The notes: a model not told the origin generated them from the sequence alone. Numbered from the stretch's first letter, positions 42,200 through 56,079 are shown. The stretch is 64,000 nucleotides of DNA from Chrysomallon squamiferum (GCA_012295275.1 CM022675.1:10664001-10728000); one strand, 5' to 3'. Program-made: numbers and translations.

Positions 42200-42553
42200 C
42201 GTTTGGTCTTTTTGTCTTTCTTCACAGTGATCGATTTGACGTTACACCGTGACGAAATATCATAGGGAGAAAATAAGCATCGCACCGCCAAACCGCAAAC
42301 ACACAGGAGAAAATTACAGTTTACATTTCTGCGATTGCTGAAGATTCGATGTTTTTGCAATTTGTGCGGCGAATCTGACACAAGACCCCGAAGAGGATTA
42401 ATGCAAATATTGAAGTGTACAAGAGGTTTTGAATAAACATAATAATTTTTTCAAAACCATTGATTTATTTTTTTTTTTTTTTATTGTTATTATTTTTGTT
42501 TAACCACACTCACTTACTTGATGAAAAGTTAGAAAATGTATTGTTTGAATAAT

Positions 42554-42601
<48 letters not shown>

Positions 42602-45600
42602 TGTGATAATAATAATAATAGCTATGATAATGATTACATAAATGAAGATGGTGATGATGCTGATTATCATGGTAGTGTAGTGCGCATGCGTAAAGTGTAG
42701 TAGATAAAATATACAGAATGTCTGTCATTTTGATTTATTATTTATCTAATGTAATAATTATGACGTTTTCAGACCTAGTTTGAGTATTAAACATGAGAAT
42801 ATTTTCAGACAAAATGTTTTTGTCACACAGACAAACATACATCCACGCACCCATAATGTTGAAAAAATCCTGTTTGGTTTGTTCTTATGCAAGTTGCCGT
42901 CTACAAACCATTAAAAGACAGAGGTAACTTTTTTTCTTTTGTTTGTTTTATATATATATCCTTTTAAAAAAAAAGAAAAAATAAACATAAGTGAATATAT
43001 TCCGTATACCAAAATACATTTTCCCTTTCAAACAAGATCAAAGAAATTTAAAAAAAAAATAATAAAATAATTAAAAAAAAAAGAAATAGAAATATGAAGG
43101 AGAAACTACTTAAAAGAATGTTCCGTCTTTCAAAAAAAAAAAAAAAAAAAAAAAAATGAAAAAATATTCGTAAGATGATAATTGTCGGCAACTTTCCGCA
43201 TGTCACAAAATGTTAAAAGGAAAGTTAAACCGTTTGAGCACCCCTGCTTGAAAACGGCCTGTTATGACAACTTGTCAAATACGATTAGTTTGAGAATACG
43301 CGACTGAAACGTATCAGTCTGCGCAACAAAGGCTGGCGGTGTAAGGGATTCGCTTTCAGCACTTCAAAAGAAAAACCGTGTCTCGCTTCGCGAAAACACT
43401 GTAATGTCGGAGTCGTGTTTTGAGAACGCTAACGCTAACGGCCATGGGGTAAAATAACTGTCTTTTTTTGTTTTGTTGTTGTTTTTTCTTTCGTTCTTTC
43501 TTTCTTCCCTTAGAAGAGGAAGAAAAAGAGAAATACTATTTATTTGTTTAGACACAGAAGCGTTATATCTCCTCTTCGTGTTAACACGCTTTAATGACCG
43601 TGACGTAATATCCGGTTTGCTTGAAATAGCAAACAGCACGCGCCAACCAGAAAAAGAAAAAAATAATAAAATAATAAAAAAAAAAAAAGAAGAAGAAGAA
43701 GAAGAAAAATAAGAAAGCTATAGTTTATCAAACTTTGTTCGTTCAGTAAATATTCAGATCAAATATCATGGTTTTTGGTAATATTCAGTAATAATAAATA
43801 TTCGTTAATTGTTTAAATATGAACAAGTAAATTATTACATTTAGTTTAAAATAACGTTAATTTATCATTCGCCTAATCGTGGTTGTTACTAGTTTCAAAA
43901 GACGTAACTGAATTTATAACATAGGGAACTTTTAACAAAATACACCGCTGAGTATGATTTAAATAACAACAACAATAATAGTAATGATGATGTCGATCTT
44001 GATGACGACGACGATGATATTGATGAAGATAATATTAATAATACACACATACATACATACATACATACATACATACATAAGGCAATTTATCACATTCTGA
44101 CAAATATTAACATTTATATAATTGTCATTATTCCGATTTCATTTATCATTCACAATATTGTGTTGCTGTTTTTCTCTATTTTCTTAATTATTATTTTATT
44201 AGTAATGTTACGCAGAAACATCATTTTAGGTATTACAACAGCTGTGATTTGGTTGAATTTTTTTTATAGAAACACAGTGTTTCACCCCATGAAAAAAAAA
44301 AGCTTATTATAATTTTAAAATTAATTAACGTGAATTATTCTTTCTTTTTTTAATTTTAATTTGATAATGGCTGGAACAGACAAATGTGCAAGATGCGCAT
44401 ATTTGGAATATTTAATTTCATATTTGCCTCATTATTTCTATTAGTTGAAAATGTAACCACATTTGGTATTCAGAATTTATGCATTTCAGCAACTTTGGAA
44501 TACTTTTGAAATAAGGTGAGAAAACTTTTGAAGAAAATGTTCTGCAAGATGTTTTTCGACCGACATCCGATGAAACTAGACTAAAAGTGTTGTACTGAAA
44601 TTTGTAATATTTTTTGCTTTTTAAAATCAGATGAAAGATTTTGTTTTTTAAATTATTATATAATATATAAATTGTTACCTATTTTGATATCTGAAATCTC
44701 TTGTGTTTATCAGCAAACTGATGTATTTTGTGTTAAATGAAAATATATGCTAATTTCCGTTTCGGATTTAGATCCATGTTTTTACAAGAATATTAAATAA
44801 TAAAGATTTTGGTTACCCCCTCATCCATCCCCCACCCCGCCAAAAAAGAATAAACTAATAAAATAAAACAAAACAAAACAAACAACAACAAAACACTCCT
44901 AAAAATAAAAAAAATAAAATTAAAAATTAAAATACCTAAAACAAATTGAAATAAATATATTATATTTCTTAAATTCAAAGAAATAATATATTTTATTAAT
45001 GAAAATAATATTTTGTTCTATTATACACATATACACACACACAGACATACAGAAATACATTTTGTTTTTTCAAAAACATTTACAGTCTTTGAAATAATAT
45101 ACGACAAAACACGAATATTATTTCATTCACTTAACAGAATACCAAAATTAGTTGCAGATGAAAATGATCATTTGCTGAACAATAAAAAAATAATTAATTT
45201 TTAATTGAAATATAAGCTCATTAGAATAAAAAAGGACGTGATATTTTTTTTGAGGCTTTTATGAAAGTTCACACATAAACATCTGATTTATAGAGATAAC
45301 TAAAAAAAAAAAAGGCTCGTTACTCTCATTGTTAAGTTTATAAACAAAATTGAATATCATGTGCAAATCTCATAAATTATTTTTATAATATTTTTTTTGT
45401 ATTAGATAAAACTGCGGAAATCATGCTTATCTAACATTTATGAATTCAGCACTGAAACACGATACCAAAATAAACACTTAACTGTCATAGTAGTCAGACT
45501 TCACGTTCGTAAGTTTACGGACAAGTAAATCAACGTATGAAAGGAATGAAAGAAAGACTGAAAAAGGAATTAAAGTAAGGAAAGAGAGAAGGATAAAAAG

Positions 45601-45778
45601 AAAAGAAAGAAGAATGAAGGAATGATATACAGATAGGAAAAGTGGATGGACGGATAGAGTAAGAGAAGAATATATGCTTTAGAGTAAAAAGTTCAACGGC
45701 ATCCCAACAGAACATATATATATATATCTATATCTATATCTATCTATCTATCTATATATCTATATATATATATATATA

Positions 45779-45842
<64 letters not shown>

Positions 45843-45904
45843 TAGATATAGATATATAAATATATATACACAAACTCTAGATATATATAGAGGGATAAAG
45901 ATGA

Positions 45905-45995
<91 letters not shown>

Positions 45996-46033
45996 ATGAC
46001 ATGGATATACATATTAATTTCTAACATTATTAA
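33016..46033 (+). repeat. Copy 2 of ~13 kb direct duplication (probable uncollapsed haplotype)
   Basis: Starts on the first base after the gap, matching 20016. The match ends at ...CTAACATTATTAA (46033). Confidence 0.95.
34888..34955 (+). mobile_element. Duplicate of the hAT-like MITE end
   Basis: Counterpart of 21884-21950. Confidence 0.5.
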
Positions 46034-46080
46034 CCGATGTTTTAACAATAGAACAAAAAAATATATATTTTTAAATGAAA

Positions 46081-46443
46081 TTTAACGCTGATTACTGTTC
46101 AGTACAAAACGTATTGGTTTTATTATTTTGTTACAAGAAAATTTACATACAACGTCAGATTTGCCCTCGATAGCCGAAAGATAACATAAATGTTTCTCTT
46201 TGCTGTTTTTGTCAGATAACTAAAAAAAAAAAAAAAAAACAACAACAGGAGTCGTATCCGTAATTCATAAATAAAACACAGCGGAAAATATTTTTCATTT
46301 TAACGCTTTTGTTGTATGAAAGTTTACATACAAAGAACTGATTTAGCGAAGATAGCTGGAAAAATAACATGAATGTTTCTCTTTGGTGTCATTGTTTCTT
46401 TGAAAAGCAGGCTTAGGAGTAATATCAGAAACTCATAAATAAT
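46081..46443 (+). repeat. Old diverged tandem duplication (~150-200 bp unit) with a third copy at 45256-45380
   Basis: Shared blocks TTTAACGCT, TTTACATACAA, GATAGC, ATAACATRAATGTTTCTCTTTG, AGGAGT and TCATAAATAA occur in the same order. Confidence 0.7.
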
Positions 46444-46577
46444 TGTTGATGGTATCTTTTGTAACAGATATTGGCTTATATCATATGGATGCAATTTAAT
46501 TTAGATTATGGTGGTATTTTAATGCACCGAACGAAGTAGTGATAAATATGGCAACCATTTGTTTGGCAGTTGATGAA

Positions 46578-46585
<8 letters not shown>

Positions 46586-46659
<74 letters not shown>
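46586..46659. repeat. (AG)n microsatellite
   Basis: Seen directly. Confidence 0.97.
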
Positions 46660-46661
<2 letters not shown>

Positions 46662-46977
46662 TATAAATAAAGTAACAAAACTAGTTTGAAAAATTAGTAT
46701 ATACTCTTCTTATTTTTCATTTCATTCTTTCTTTCTTACTTTTTCCTTCCTCTGATTCACCCTTTGTTATTTTTTCCTTTCTTTTTTCCATTCATTCTTT
46801 CTTACTTTCTCTTATCGTTCTAACATTGTTTTTTTTCTTATTATTACTCCTATTCAGAAGCCTTATTTCGTAACACAAAAAGTTCTTAAAATATTATTCA
46901 TATCCGCACGGGTCGCCCCTGGAGAATGTATCGAAACATCTTGAGTTAGGACAGACTTGTAAAAACCGAGAGACCTT

Positions 46978-46981
<4 letters not shown>

Positions 46982-47061
<80 letters not shown>
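46982..47061. repeat. (TC)n microsatellite
   Basis: Seen directly. Confidence 0.97.
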
Positions 47062-47063
<2 letters not shown>

Positions 47064-47171
47064 CAGCCATGCAGAGACCGTCTGGAACTGTTCGGGTCGG
47101 TCCCCAGATGAATCTCTTTTTTTTTTTTTTTTTTTTTTTGTCAATCCATCTTGATTTCTGCCGCGTCTGTG

Positions 47172-47191
47172 TGACAAAGGCTGATTTATGG
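47172..47191 (+). promoter_or_regulatory. Meis/Hth half-site (TGACA) plus Pbx/Exd-Hox site (TGATTTATGG)
   Basis: Canonical composite motif inside the CpG-rich island at ~47060-47380. Confidence 0.4.
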
Positions 47192-47574
47192 CGCTGTTCC
47201 ATGATCTTTCTGCGCTACCTGTCTGTCTGTCTGTCTGTCCACTCGCCCAACAAACCGCCAGCGAGGAGAAAACGCTCAAGACTTCGCCATCGCGACTTAA
47301 TTTGGATTCCGCGAGAGACGCGCCGCCCGAGAAATACGTGCGAGCTAGTTTTAGTGAGACGGGGAATGCGTGCGTGCGTGTGTGTGTGTGTGTGTTTGAA
47401 AGACGGAAAAAGGTTGTTTGATGATATTGAAGATAAAGATGATTTTTGTTGTTTTTGTCGTTGTCGTGGTTGTTGAAATTGTGATGATGATGAGGTTAAT
47501 AATAAGATTCAAATACAGTTATTGTTGTTTTTATTGCTATTACTCTGGTTCTGGTTATTATTACAGGTAATTAA

Positions 47575-47576
<2 letters not shown>

Positions 47577-47616
<40 letters not shown>

Positions 47617-47629
47617 GTTGTTGTTGTTG

Positions 47630-47703
<74 letters not shown>
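47577..47703. repeat. (ATT)n/(GTT)n microsatellite
   Basis: Seen directly. It yields the poly-Leu ORF. Confidence 0.95.
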
Positions 47704-47706
<3 letters not shown>

Positions 47707-48011
47707 AATAATTTTTATAGAACATCAAATAATAATTTCAGAAATATTTTAAATGTATTGTTCTTATTTCTTTAAATTTTTCAAAATATTCATTTTACGA
47801 AAACTTTGATTATTTTCTTTTTTTCTCTCTAACGTTTTAAAACTACACAAATGCAATATTGATTGAAATTTAAACATACAAATTTAAAACATACAGTACT
47901 ATTTATATATACACACACACACATGTATATATGTATGTATTTAAGTATGTATATATGCATGTATGTATATATCTATGTAAATGTAAATGTATATATGTAC
48001 AGGTATATTTT

Positions 48012-48012
<1 letters not shown>

Positions 48013-48106
<94 letters not shown>
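48013..48106. repeat. (CT)n microsatellite
   Basis: Seen directly. Confidence 0.97.
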
Positions 48107-48109
<3 letters not shown>

Positions 48110-48403
48110 CTTTCTCACCCGCACCTACACACAAACACACACAATAAATCTAGCAGATATCACCTCGTGAACAAACCAATTTACGGGAACCAAGCTACAT
48201 CCGGCTCAATCAGACCTACTCTCGGGTGAATGTTGAGAAAGGTGTGTCCTCTATGATTGAACTTCGTGTGCAGGTGAGAAAACAATCAGGCCAATCAGAG
48301 GTACATCTGCGAGTGCGTGTAATGCCGTGGAAAGGATGTGGAGATAATGTAGGTATAGTGGAATCGATGTATGTTACAGTAATGTTTATTTCTACAGGGC
48401 GAT

Positions 48404-48670
48404 TAAATCTGTTTCTAACCTGCGAGTGGTGGTAGTAAATCTGTTTATAAAATACGAGTGATCGTAAATCTGTTTCTATAATGCGAGTGATAGTAAATTT
48501 GTTTCTAAAATACGAGTGATAGTAAATTTGTTTCTAAAATACGAGTGATAGTAAATCTGTTTCTATAATGCGAGTGATAGTAAATTTGTTTCTAAAATAC
48601 GAGTGATAGTAAATTTGTTTCTAAAATACGAGTGATAGTAAATTTGTTTCTAAAATACGAGTGATAGTAA
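48404..48670. repeat. 29-bp minisatellite, ~9 units (GAGTGATAGTAAATTTGTTTCTAAAATAC)
   Basis: Units start at 48456, 48485, 48514, 48543, 48572, 48601 and 48630, with a partial unit at 48659 and degenerate units upstream. Confidence 0.95.
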
Positions 48671-48911
48671 CGTAGTGTTATAATAAAAAAATATGTTATT
48701 ACTGCCAGTATATCAGTTGCTATGACAGTTACTGCAATAACGTTATTGCTTCCGTCACTACTATTACTACTATTACTACTACTACTACTACAAAAGCTAA
48801 TAATATTATTACTACCACAGCTATTACCATCATGGCAACTAATAGTATTACTGATTTTATTGCTATTATAAAATTATAATATTTCATCAGCAACATAAAA
48901 TAAATAAAATA

Positions 48912-48950
<39 letters not shown>

Positions 48951-49087
48951 CCACCAACCAACCACCACCACCACCACCACCACCACAAAAACAACAAGCA
49001 ACTGACAGAACGTATCACTGAACATTTTTTTAAAATAAATCTTTGTTTGCCAATTCGTCATAGTTCCACGTTTCGGAATAAGCCAGT

Positions 49088-49145
49088 TTCTGAGAAAGCT
49101 GCATTTTCACGTGCATTAGAAGATCACGTGGTGGTCGCGCGCGCG
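49088..49145. promoter_or_regulatory. Tandem TCACGTG E-boxes with STAT-like TTCTGAGAA and a (CG)n run
   Basis: CACGTG at 49108 and 49125, TTCTGAGAA at 49088. Confidence 0.35.
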
Positions 49146-49964
49146 TGTTTCGCCGGAGCGTGGCATGTAACACTATGATAAATGAGTTTGGCGGTGGGGG
49201 AAACAACCTTACTCCATTATTCATTTTCGGTTAAACTCCCAGAAGGACTTTTTTTTTCCTTGCATCTGCCGCCATCATAATTCAGACATCTTTAATCAGA
49301 GTCAGGGTGGAAAAAAAAAAATAAAAAATAAAAAAATTCTGATTCTTGTAGCCAAATCTGATACTACTACAGCAATGGAGAAGGAAAAAAAGAAAAACGA
49401 TGTTTGTTCGTCACAGATAAGCAACCTCGCTGACGACATCGAAGTTAAGACGGCGTCGTTGCAGCGTAATCTGATCTATTGTTATTTGCACAGTCAGATA
49501 CGCTCTATAATCCTGAATAAAGATAATATTTGTTGTTTCTCTTTTCTGATACTTTTTTTTTTTTTTCCACTGAGTAATCATTAAAAAGAGGCAAAGAGAA
49601 AATAATAAAATAAAATAAAAAAGGTTAATACAGTGAAAAAAAAAAGAAGAAGAAGAAAGAGAAAGAAATAGGCTTGTAGAAAATCACTCTGCGTTGAATA
49701 ATATTTTAATATTTTCCTGTTTTGTCGATTAAATGTAAATTTGTAATCCCTTCTCGTTTTGGTGGGTGGATTGTGTGTAATTAGGTGGGCGTGTGGTTCG
49801 TGTGTGTGTTTTTTATCAAATGGAGATAGGAGTTTGTCATCCAGACAGAAGCTTTTGTGTACGGGGCAAGTCATAGATAAAAATGTTAACAAGAAAACAA
49901 CGACAACAAAAACCGGCGCAACCAACAGGAACAATAATAGTCATGATGATAATAATAATAAAAA

Positions 49965-50170
49965 TTGTTGTTGTTGTTGTTGTTGTTATTATTATTTTGT
50001 TGTTGTTATTGTTGTTTCGTTTTCGATGTGATTACCATTATTAATGCTGTTGTGTTTATTGTTATTATTGTTACTTTTGTTGTTATTATTATTGTTGTTG
50101 TTGTTGCTATCATTATCATTATGATTATTATCATCATCATCATCATTATTATTATTGTTATTATTATTAA

Positions 50171-50261
<91 letters not shown>

Positions 50262-50274
50262 GTTTTTATTATTA

Positions 50275-50333
<59 letters not shown>

Positions 50334-50385
50334 GTTATTATTATTGTTATTATTATTGTTATTATTGTCGTGGTTGTTATTGTTT
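49965..50385. repeat. Long (GTT)n/(ATT)n trinucleotide region
   Basis: Seen directly. Confidence 0.92.
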
Positions 50386-50517
50386 GTAACTATTTTAAAT
50401 TTTCATTCTTTAAAAAATATTTATTTGTAGATATTATTTAATGAAGAAATATATATATTTTTTATTATTAGATGTTCGATTCCTATACTGTATAACAGAA
50501 ACATGATTAAAATGTAT

Positions 50518-50519
<2 letters not shown>

Positions 50520-50572
<53 letters not shown>

Positions 50573-50662
50573 AGCAAATAAATAAATAAATTAGTGAATA
50601 AATAAATAAATAAATAAATAAATAAATGAATGAATAAATAAATAAATAAATAAATAAACAAA

Positions 50663-50697
<35 letters not shown>

Positions 50698-50803
50698 ACA
50701 AATAAATAAATAAATAATATAAAATAAAATTAAATTAAATAAAATTAAATTAAATAAACAAACAAATAAATAAATAAATAAATAAATGAATAAATAAATA
50801 AAT
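50520..50803. repeat. (CA)n followed by (AAAT)n
   Basis: Seen directly. Confidence 0.92.
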
Positions 50804-51143
50804 AAGTGATACATACAAAACGTTATATTTAATATTATGTTTGTAAATGAATCACTATTTAAAATTCAATTATATGCAATTTTCTTTTTCCGGTATTTTA
50901 ACATTAATACCAATTTTATAAAAGTCTTAAATGCATTATTTTAGTATAATGATCAAACTAACTGTAATTTTGTAAGAATTTAATTAGACAGAAAATTTCA
51001 TTTGCTTTGTAATTAATTCTCATATATATTTTATATAATTCTAACTGAATGAATTTTAAAACAAGAAAACTGAGCCTATTAATTAATTGATTATTTAAAT
51101 AAATAATAGATTGATTAATGTTGTTGTTTTTTTGTTTGATTGT

Positions 51144-51174
<31 letters not shown>

Positions 51175-51630
51175 TTAGTTCTTATTTTTTAATTTTATTA
51201 TTTGTTTGTTTATTTTGTTAAGGAAAGTTATAATTATATGTTTATTAAAAACACAAAGACTAAAATATTATTAGATATTAGGTTATATATAAAAAACAGT
51301 TATTAGTTCAATAATTATTTTATATTACTTATATTAATCATTGTGTTTTAGACACTAACTGCAATATTTTTTATATTTTAAAATTTCGAAAATATTATTA
51401 TATATTATAAAAAAGAATTGTAATTATAATGTGATATAATCAGTACTTTAAAATAATTAGTAATTTTCTCTCTCACCTATATGATACACCTTTTAAATAA
51501 ATATTTATTGTATAAATAAACTTCATTATAAAGACAAGTCCTAAGAGAATATTTTATTTTTTTTATTTTCTATATTAAATTTTATCTAAAGGCTAGGAAA
51601 AAATACATAGATACATGCACCAACATTCCC

Positions 51631-51666
<36 letters not shown>

Positions 51667-52622
51667 CACACACATATCTATATATATATATATCTGTCTA
51701 TCTATCTATCTATGTATCTATCTATTTATCTATCTACATATGTGTGTATGTATGCGTGTATTTTTGTATCGTGATGTTTATCGTTCTTCCACCTAATTTG
51801 TTTCTGCGGTCATGTCCTCATGAATATTTAGATAATTTATTATTCCAAAAATATTTATGTTACAAAACATTATTCGTACAGCTACATGAAGCGTATGCAG
51901 TTTTATTATTAAAAACTTTAATCTGTAATAAACTTTATTACTCCTCTCATATTACACTCGATGTAAATTTTCATTTTAAAACTGTATTTTACTGCGAAAG
52001 AATACGAAACAGCTTTTCAGAATTGATGAAGTTTGAATAATTTCTTTAACCATCCAGAAACACGGGGAATTCGAACTGGCAACATTGCCCTGATCATTTG
52101 GTTGAGTTTAAAATGAACACGTTACATATCATATGCAATATATTTCATCAGATAAATAAGTTTTTTTGGTGTTTTTTTTTTATACTTTGAACCATACATT
52201 TTTTAAACGTAACATATTGTAGAATTTTAATTATTATTTTAATTCCATATTATGCTTTATTTGAATGACTATGTAAAATGAAATGAACATTTTAATTACG
52301 ATATATATATATATATATATAAAAAATTATGACCACGTCATGTTTTATATTTTAATATTTCTAAGAGTAAAGAAAAGTATTATAACATTAATTTTATAGA
52401 AAAAATGCTTAAAAATCATCAACAACAGCAAAAACAACAGTAATAACTACTTCTATTAAAACTACGATTATCATTATTAGTTCTATATTAGTAATAACAA
52501 TATTTCTAATAGTAGTAGTAATAATAATGATAATAATAATAATTGTAATAATACAGTAATAATAATAATAATAATAACAACAATTATAATTGTATTAATT
52601 ATTATACTACTACTTATAATAA

Positions 52623-52701
<79 letters not shown>

Positions 52702-54989
52702 TAATAATAAGTATAATAGTGATGATGGCAGTAATAAATAAATAAATAAATAAATAAATATTAACAACAACATCCATGTTATTTCAAAGTCGTCGTCATT
52801 ATCATTTCTTCCTTTCAGCAGCAGCAACAGCAAAAACAACAACAACAACAACAACAATAAAATCACGCAAACAGTAACAACAACTCGGGAACCAGATATC
52901 GCGCCTGAAGCGATTAAATTAATCGTCTTAAGCGGATTTGCTGCTTCGACATTTAACTTCCATAAACTGTTCGCCCTGTTTGACGGTAACATGCCAATTA
53001 CGCTCATTTTCTTATTCTTTTGTTGCTTGTTTGAATCCACACAAAACTCGGTTACAAAACAGCGTGAACAAGAGAAAGAAAGAAAGAAAGAGAGAAAAAA
53101 ACAACAACAACAAAACAACAAGACACCCACCACGGTGAGAGCTTTTGTTACAGACTCCTCTACCAAAACTCAGAAGAAAAAAAAAAGAAAAACCCTAAAT
53201 GGAAGAAGAATGAGAAAAAAAAAAAAAAAAAATCCCATAAATCCTTATCTGTCCTTTTATTACACAATCTTTTTCCGTATCATTTCCTCGACTGACTTTT
53301 ATGGCTCGGATGGGTGGTGGGGTAAGTTATGGCTTCCAGTGGATGCGGGGACGGGTCTTGAATGGGAGACGATCTCCGAGTTGTCAAAACGTTTTCCATT
53401 GATGTCGCCTAAAAATTTCACCAGTGATATATGTCGCAGACGAGTCAGGATTATTTATCAAAAGTCGTGTCAATTGAAAAGAAGAAAAACTAAAAGGGAA
53501 CCTGCTCGAGTGAAGGGGCAGGGAAAAAAAAAAAAAAAAAGAAAGGAAGGGAGGACTCGAGTGGGTTACATAAAAAAAAAAAAAAAATTAAAAAAAACTT
53601 GTTGCAAAAATGAACAAAACGTCGAATGGAGTAACGCGGGTAACTTCGCAGCTTCAAAGAAATCCCGAGTTGTAAAGACTCAAATCTTTGTGCTTTTCTT
53701 TTTTTTCTTTCCTTTTCTTTCTTTTTCTTCTCTTTTCCTCTTCAGTTAAAAAAAGAAAAAAGGGAGGGGGGTTTTAGAAAGAATAGTTTTGTGTGTTTCC
53801 CGGAGTATGAGGAATTATTCACGGCAAAGTAGATCCAAGAAAAAAAATAAGTCGTGTTTTGTAAACCGCTCAGTGGGATTTTAGGCGAAATGTTTGTACA
53901 CCAGTGTGTGGCGTTCAAGGAGATTGTTTGAATTTTTAAAGAACTGTTTGTTAAGGGATTTTAGTTTTTTGGGGGGACTTGTTAGAGGAATAACGCTTTG
54001 AAAATAAAATTACAAGAAAGATGAATTAAGTGACAGTTGACTGAAATTCAGATACAATCTCGTTTCGCGCTCCTCTTTGTTCCCATTACGGATAAACATT
54101 TCTGCATGAATATGGATAGTTTGTTTCGTATATTCTGGTACCTCTACATATCACTTCTGGACACAAATTACTACATTATATTTTATCATGCAAAAAATAA
54201 GGACAGTTTGTTTCGGATTTACTTTTAAACATTTCATATATGGAATAAAAATTATATCAACCATAATACAATTTTCTTAACGTCAACTTTCACACTCCAA
54301 AGAATCAGAAAACGACCACAGACAAAAAAAAAAAAAAAAAAAAAACGTCTGTCTAATTCCTTTCTCTTATAAAATAACAATATATATAAAAACAAAAATT
54401 AATAGAGTCGGCAGGTCTGCTCCAAAAAAGGAGTGAAAACTTGACAAAGAAAACAGACCCCCACGTTTTCATACATATTATCTTTCTAAACGTATTATCC
54501 GTTTCCAGCATTTGATCTTGCAGCGACGTGGGGCACGGGAAAGCCGTGTTATCCATGACCAAATGGACGTCTTTGAATTCATTGTGCGCCGTCGTTTCTC
54601 CTTCCTCTGAAATGCGACGCCGTCGAGGTGAATGTTGTGCGTTATTAGAAAGGATTAAGTGTACAGAGCGAAAACCACTGTCACTCACGCTAAACGATGT
54701 TTTCAACGCGACAATGGAAACACTTGCGAACACAGACATCTGTTTGTGAAAAATGTTAATATCTATTTATACAGTTTAGTGTATGGGTGTCTGTGTGTGT
54801 GTGTGTGTGTGTAGATATATGGGTACATACATACATACGTAAGCACAAAGCTATACAGAGGATTAGTATATACACATGCACAAGTTTCGTACAGAATAAA
54901 AATATAGAACGGCCAAATATTAATTATGTAGATGAAAAAAATGTGTTGATTCGAACCATTGCATTTGCTGTATCTTAAGTAAGTGAGTA

Positions 54990-54991
<2 letters not shown>

Positions 54992-55074
<83 letters not shown>

Positions 55075-55136
55075 GTTATACTAATACTAATAATAATGGT
55101 TGCAGTAGTAGTAACAACAATAGTAGTAGCAGTAGC

Positions 55137-55180
<44 letters not shown>

Positions 55181-55200
55181 TAATAATAATAATAATAATA
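54992..55200. repeat. (AAT)n microsatellites
   Basis: Seen directly. Confidence 0.92.
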
Positions 55201-55300
55201 ACCTATGCTATCCTTTGTTCATACTAAACAAACAAACGAACTCACACATACAAATAATACAATTATACACAATAAATTAATAAACAAACAAACAAACAAA

Positions 55301-55343
<43 letters not shown>

Positions 55344-56024
55344 AAATAAATAAATAACCAAAATAATAATTTAAGAAAAACAAACAAAACCCACAAAAAA
55401 AACCCCAACAAATACTATTAATAAAAAAAGTAACTAAAATTCTGACAATTTATTAATATTTCTTTTTTAAAAATAAAATAAATATCTTATCACGTACTGT
55501 TACAGAAAACAGACAACAAAACCACGTCTTTCCCACTGATTAATATTAAACAGATAACTAAGGATTATGCATTAACTAAGTATTTAATTACGAGTCTAAC
55601 AAAGGGATTTACAAGCATGTAGCAAGCGCTATTTTAATTTCCTGTTAAACCCACCTGTTCTGTTATTGATCTGTTTTACCTGTCACGGTGGACACATACA
55701 TATTTAATGAATTCTACAACACATTTAACCCTGATCGATACACTCATAATAAATAGCTAAATAACAGATTCAATAGCTAGGAGGGTTAATTGTAAGTTAA
55801 GGTTTATCGAGTATTTTTTTTTACGTATAATAGTAGCTTTTATTAATCTGTTTATTTATTGAATAACTAATTTTTTTTTTATATGTTATATGTATTAGGT
55901 GTACATAGTATTTGCATATTATCATGAATCACGTAAATAAAGATGTTTGTTTATTTATTTATTTATTTACTTATTTATTTATTTATTTTTATTAGTTAAT
56001 TCTTCTTTTTCTTCTTCTTCTTAT

Positions 56025-56079
<55 letters not shown>
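56025..56079. repeat. (TAC)n microsatellite
   Basis: Seen directly. Confidence 0.95.

Noticed and set aside
52066-52076. Pol III B-box-like GTTCGAATTCC on the minus strand (tRNA/SINE)
   Set aside because: No A box, cloverleaf or tail is visible. At most it is a highly decayed SINE.
13466-55917. Scattered octamer (ATGCAAAT) and TTTATGG/CCATAAA motifs
   Set aside because: Counts are about what AT-rich composition would give, so there is no evident enrichment.
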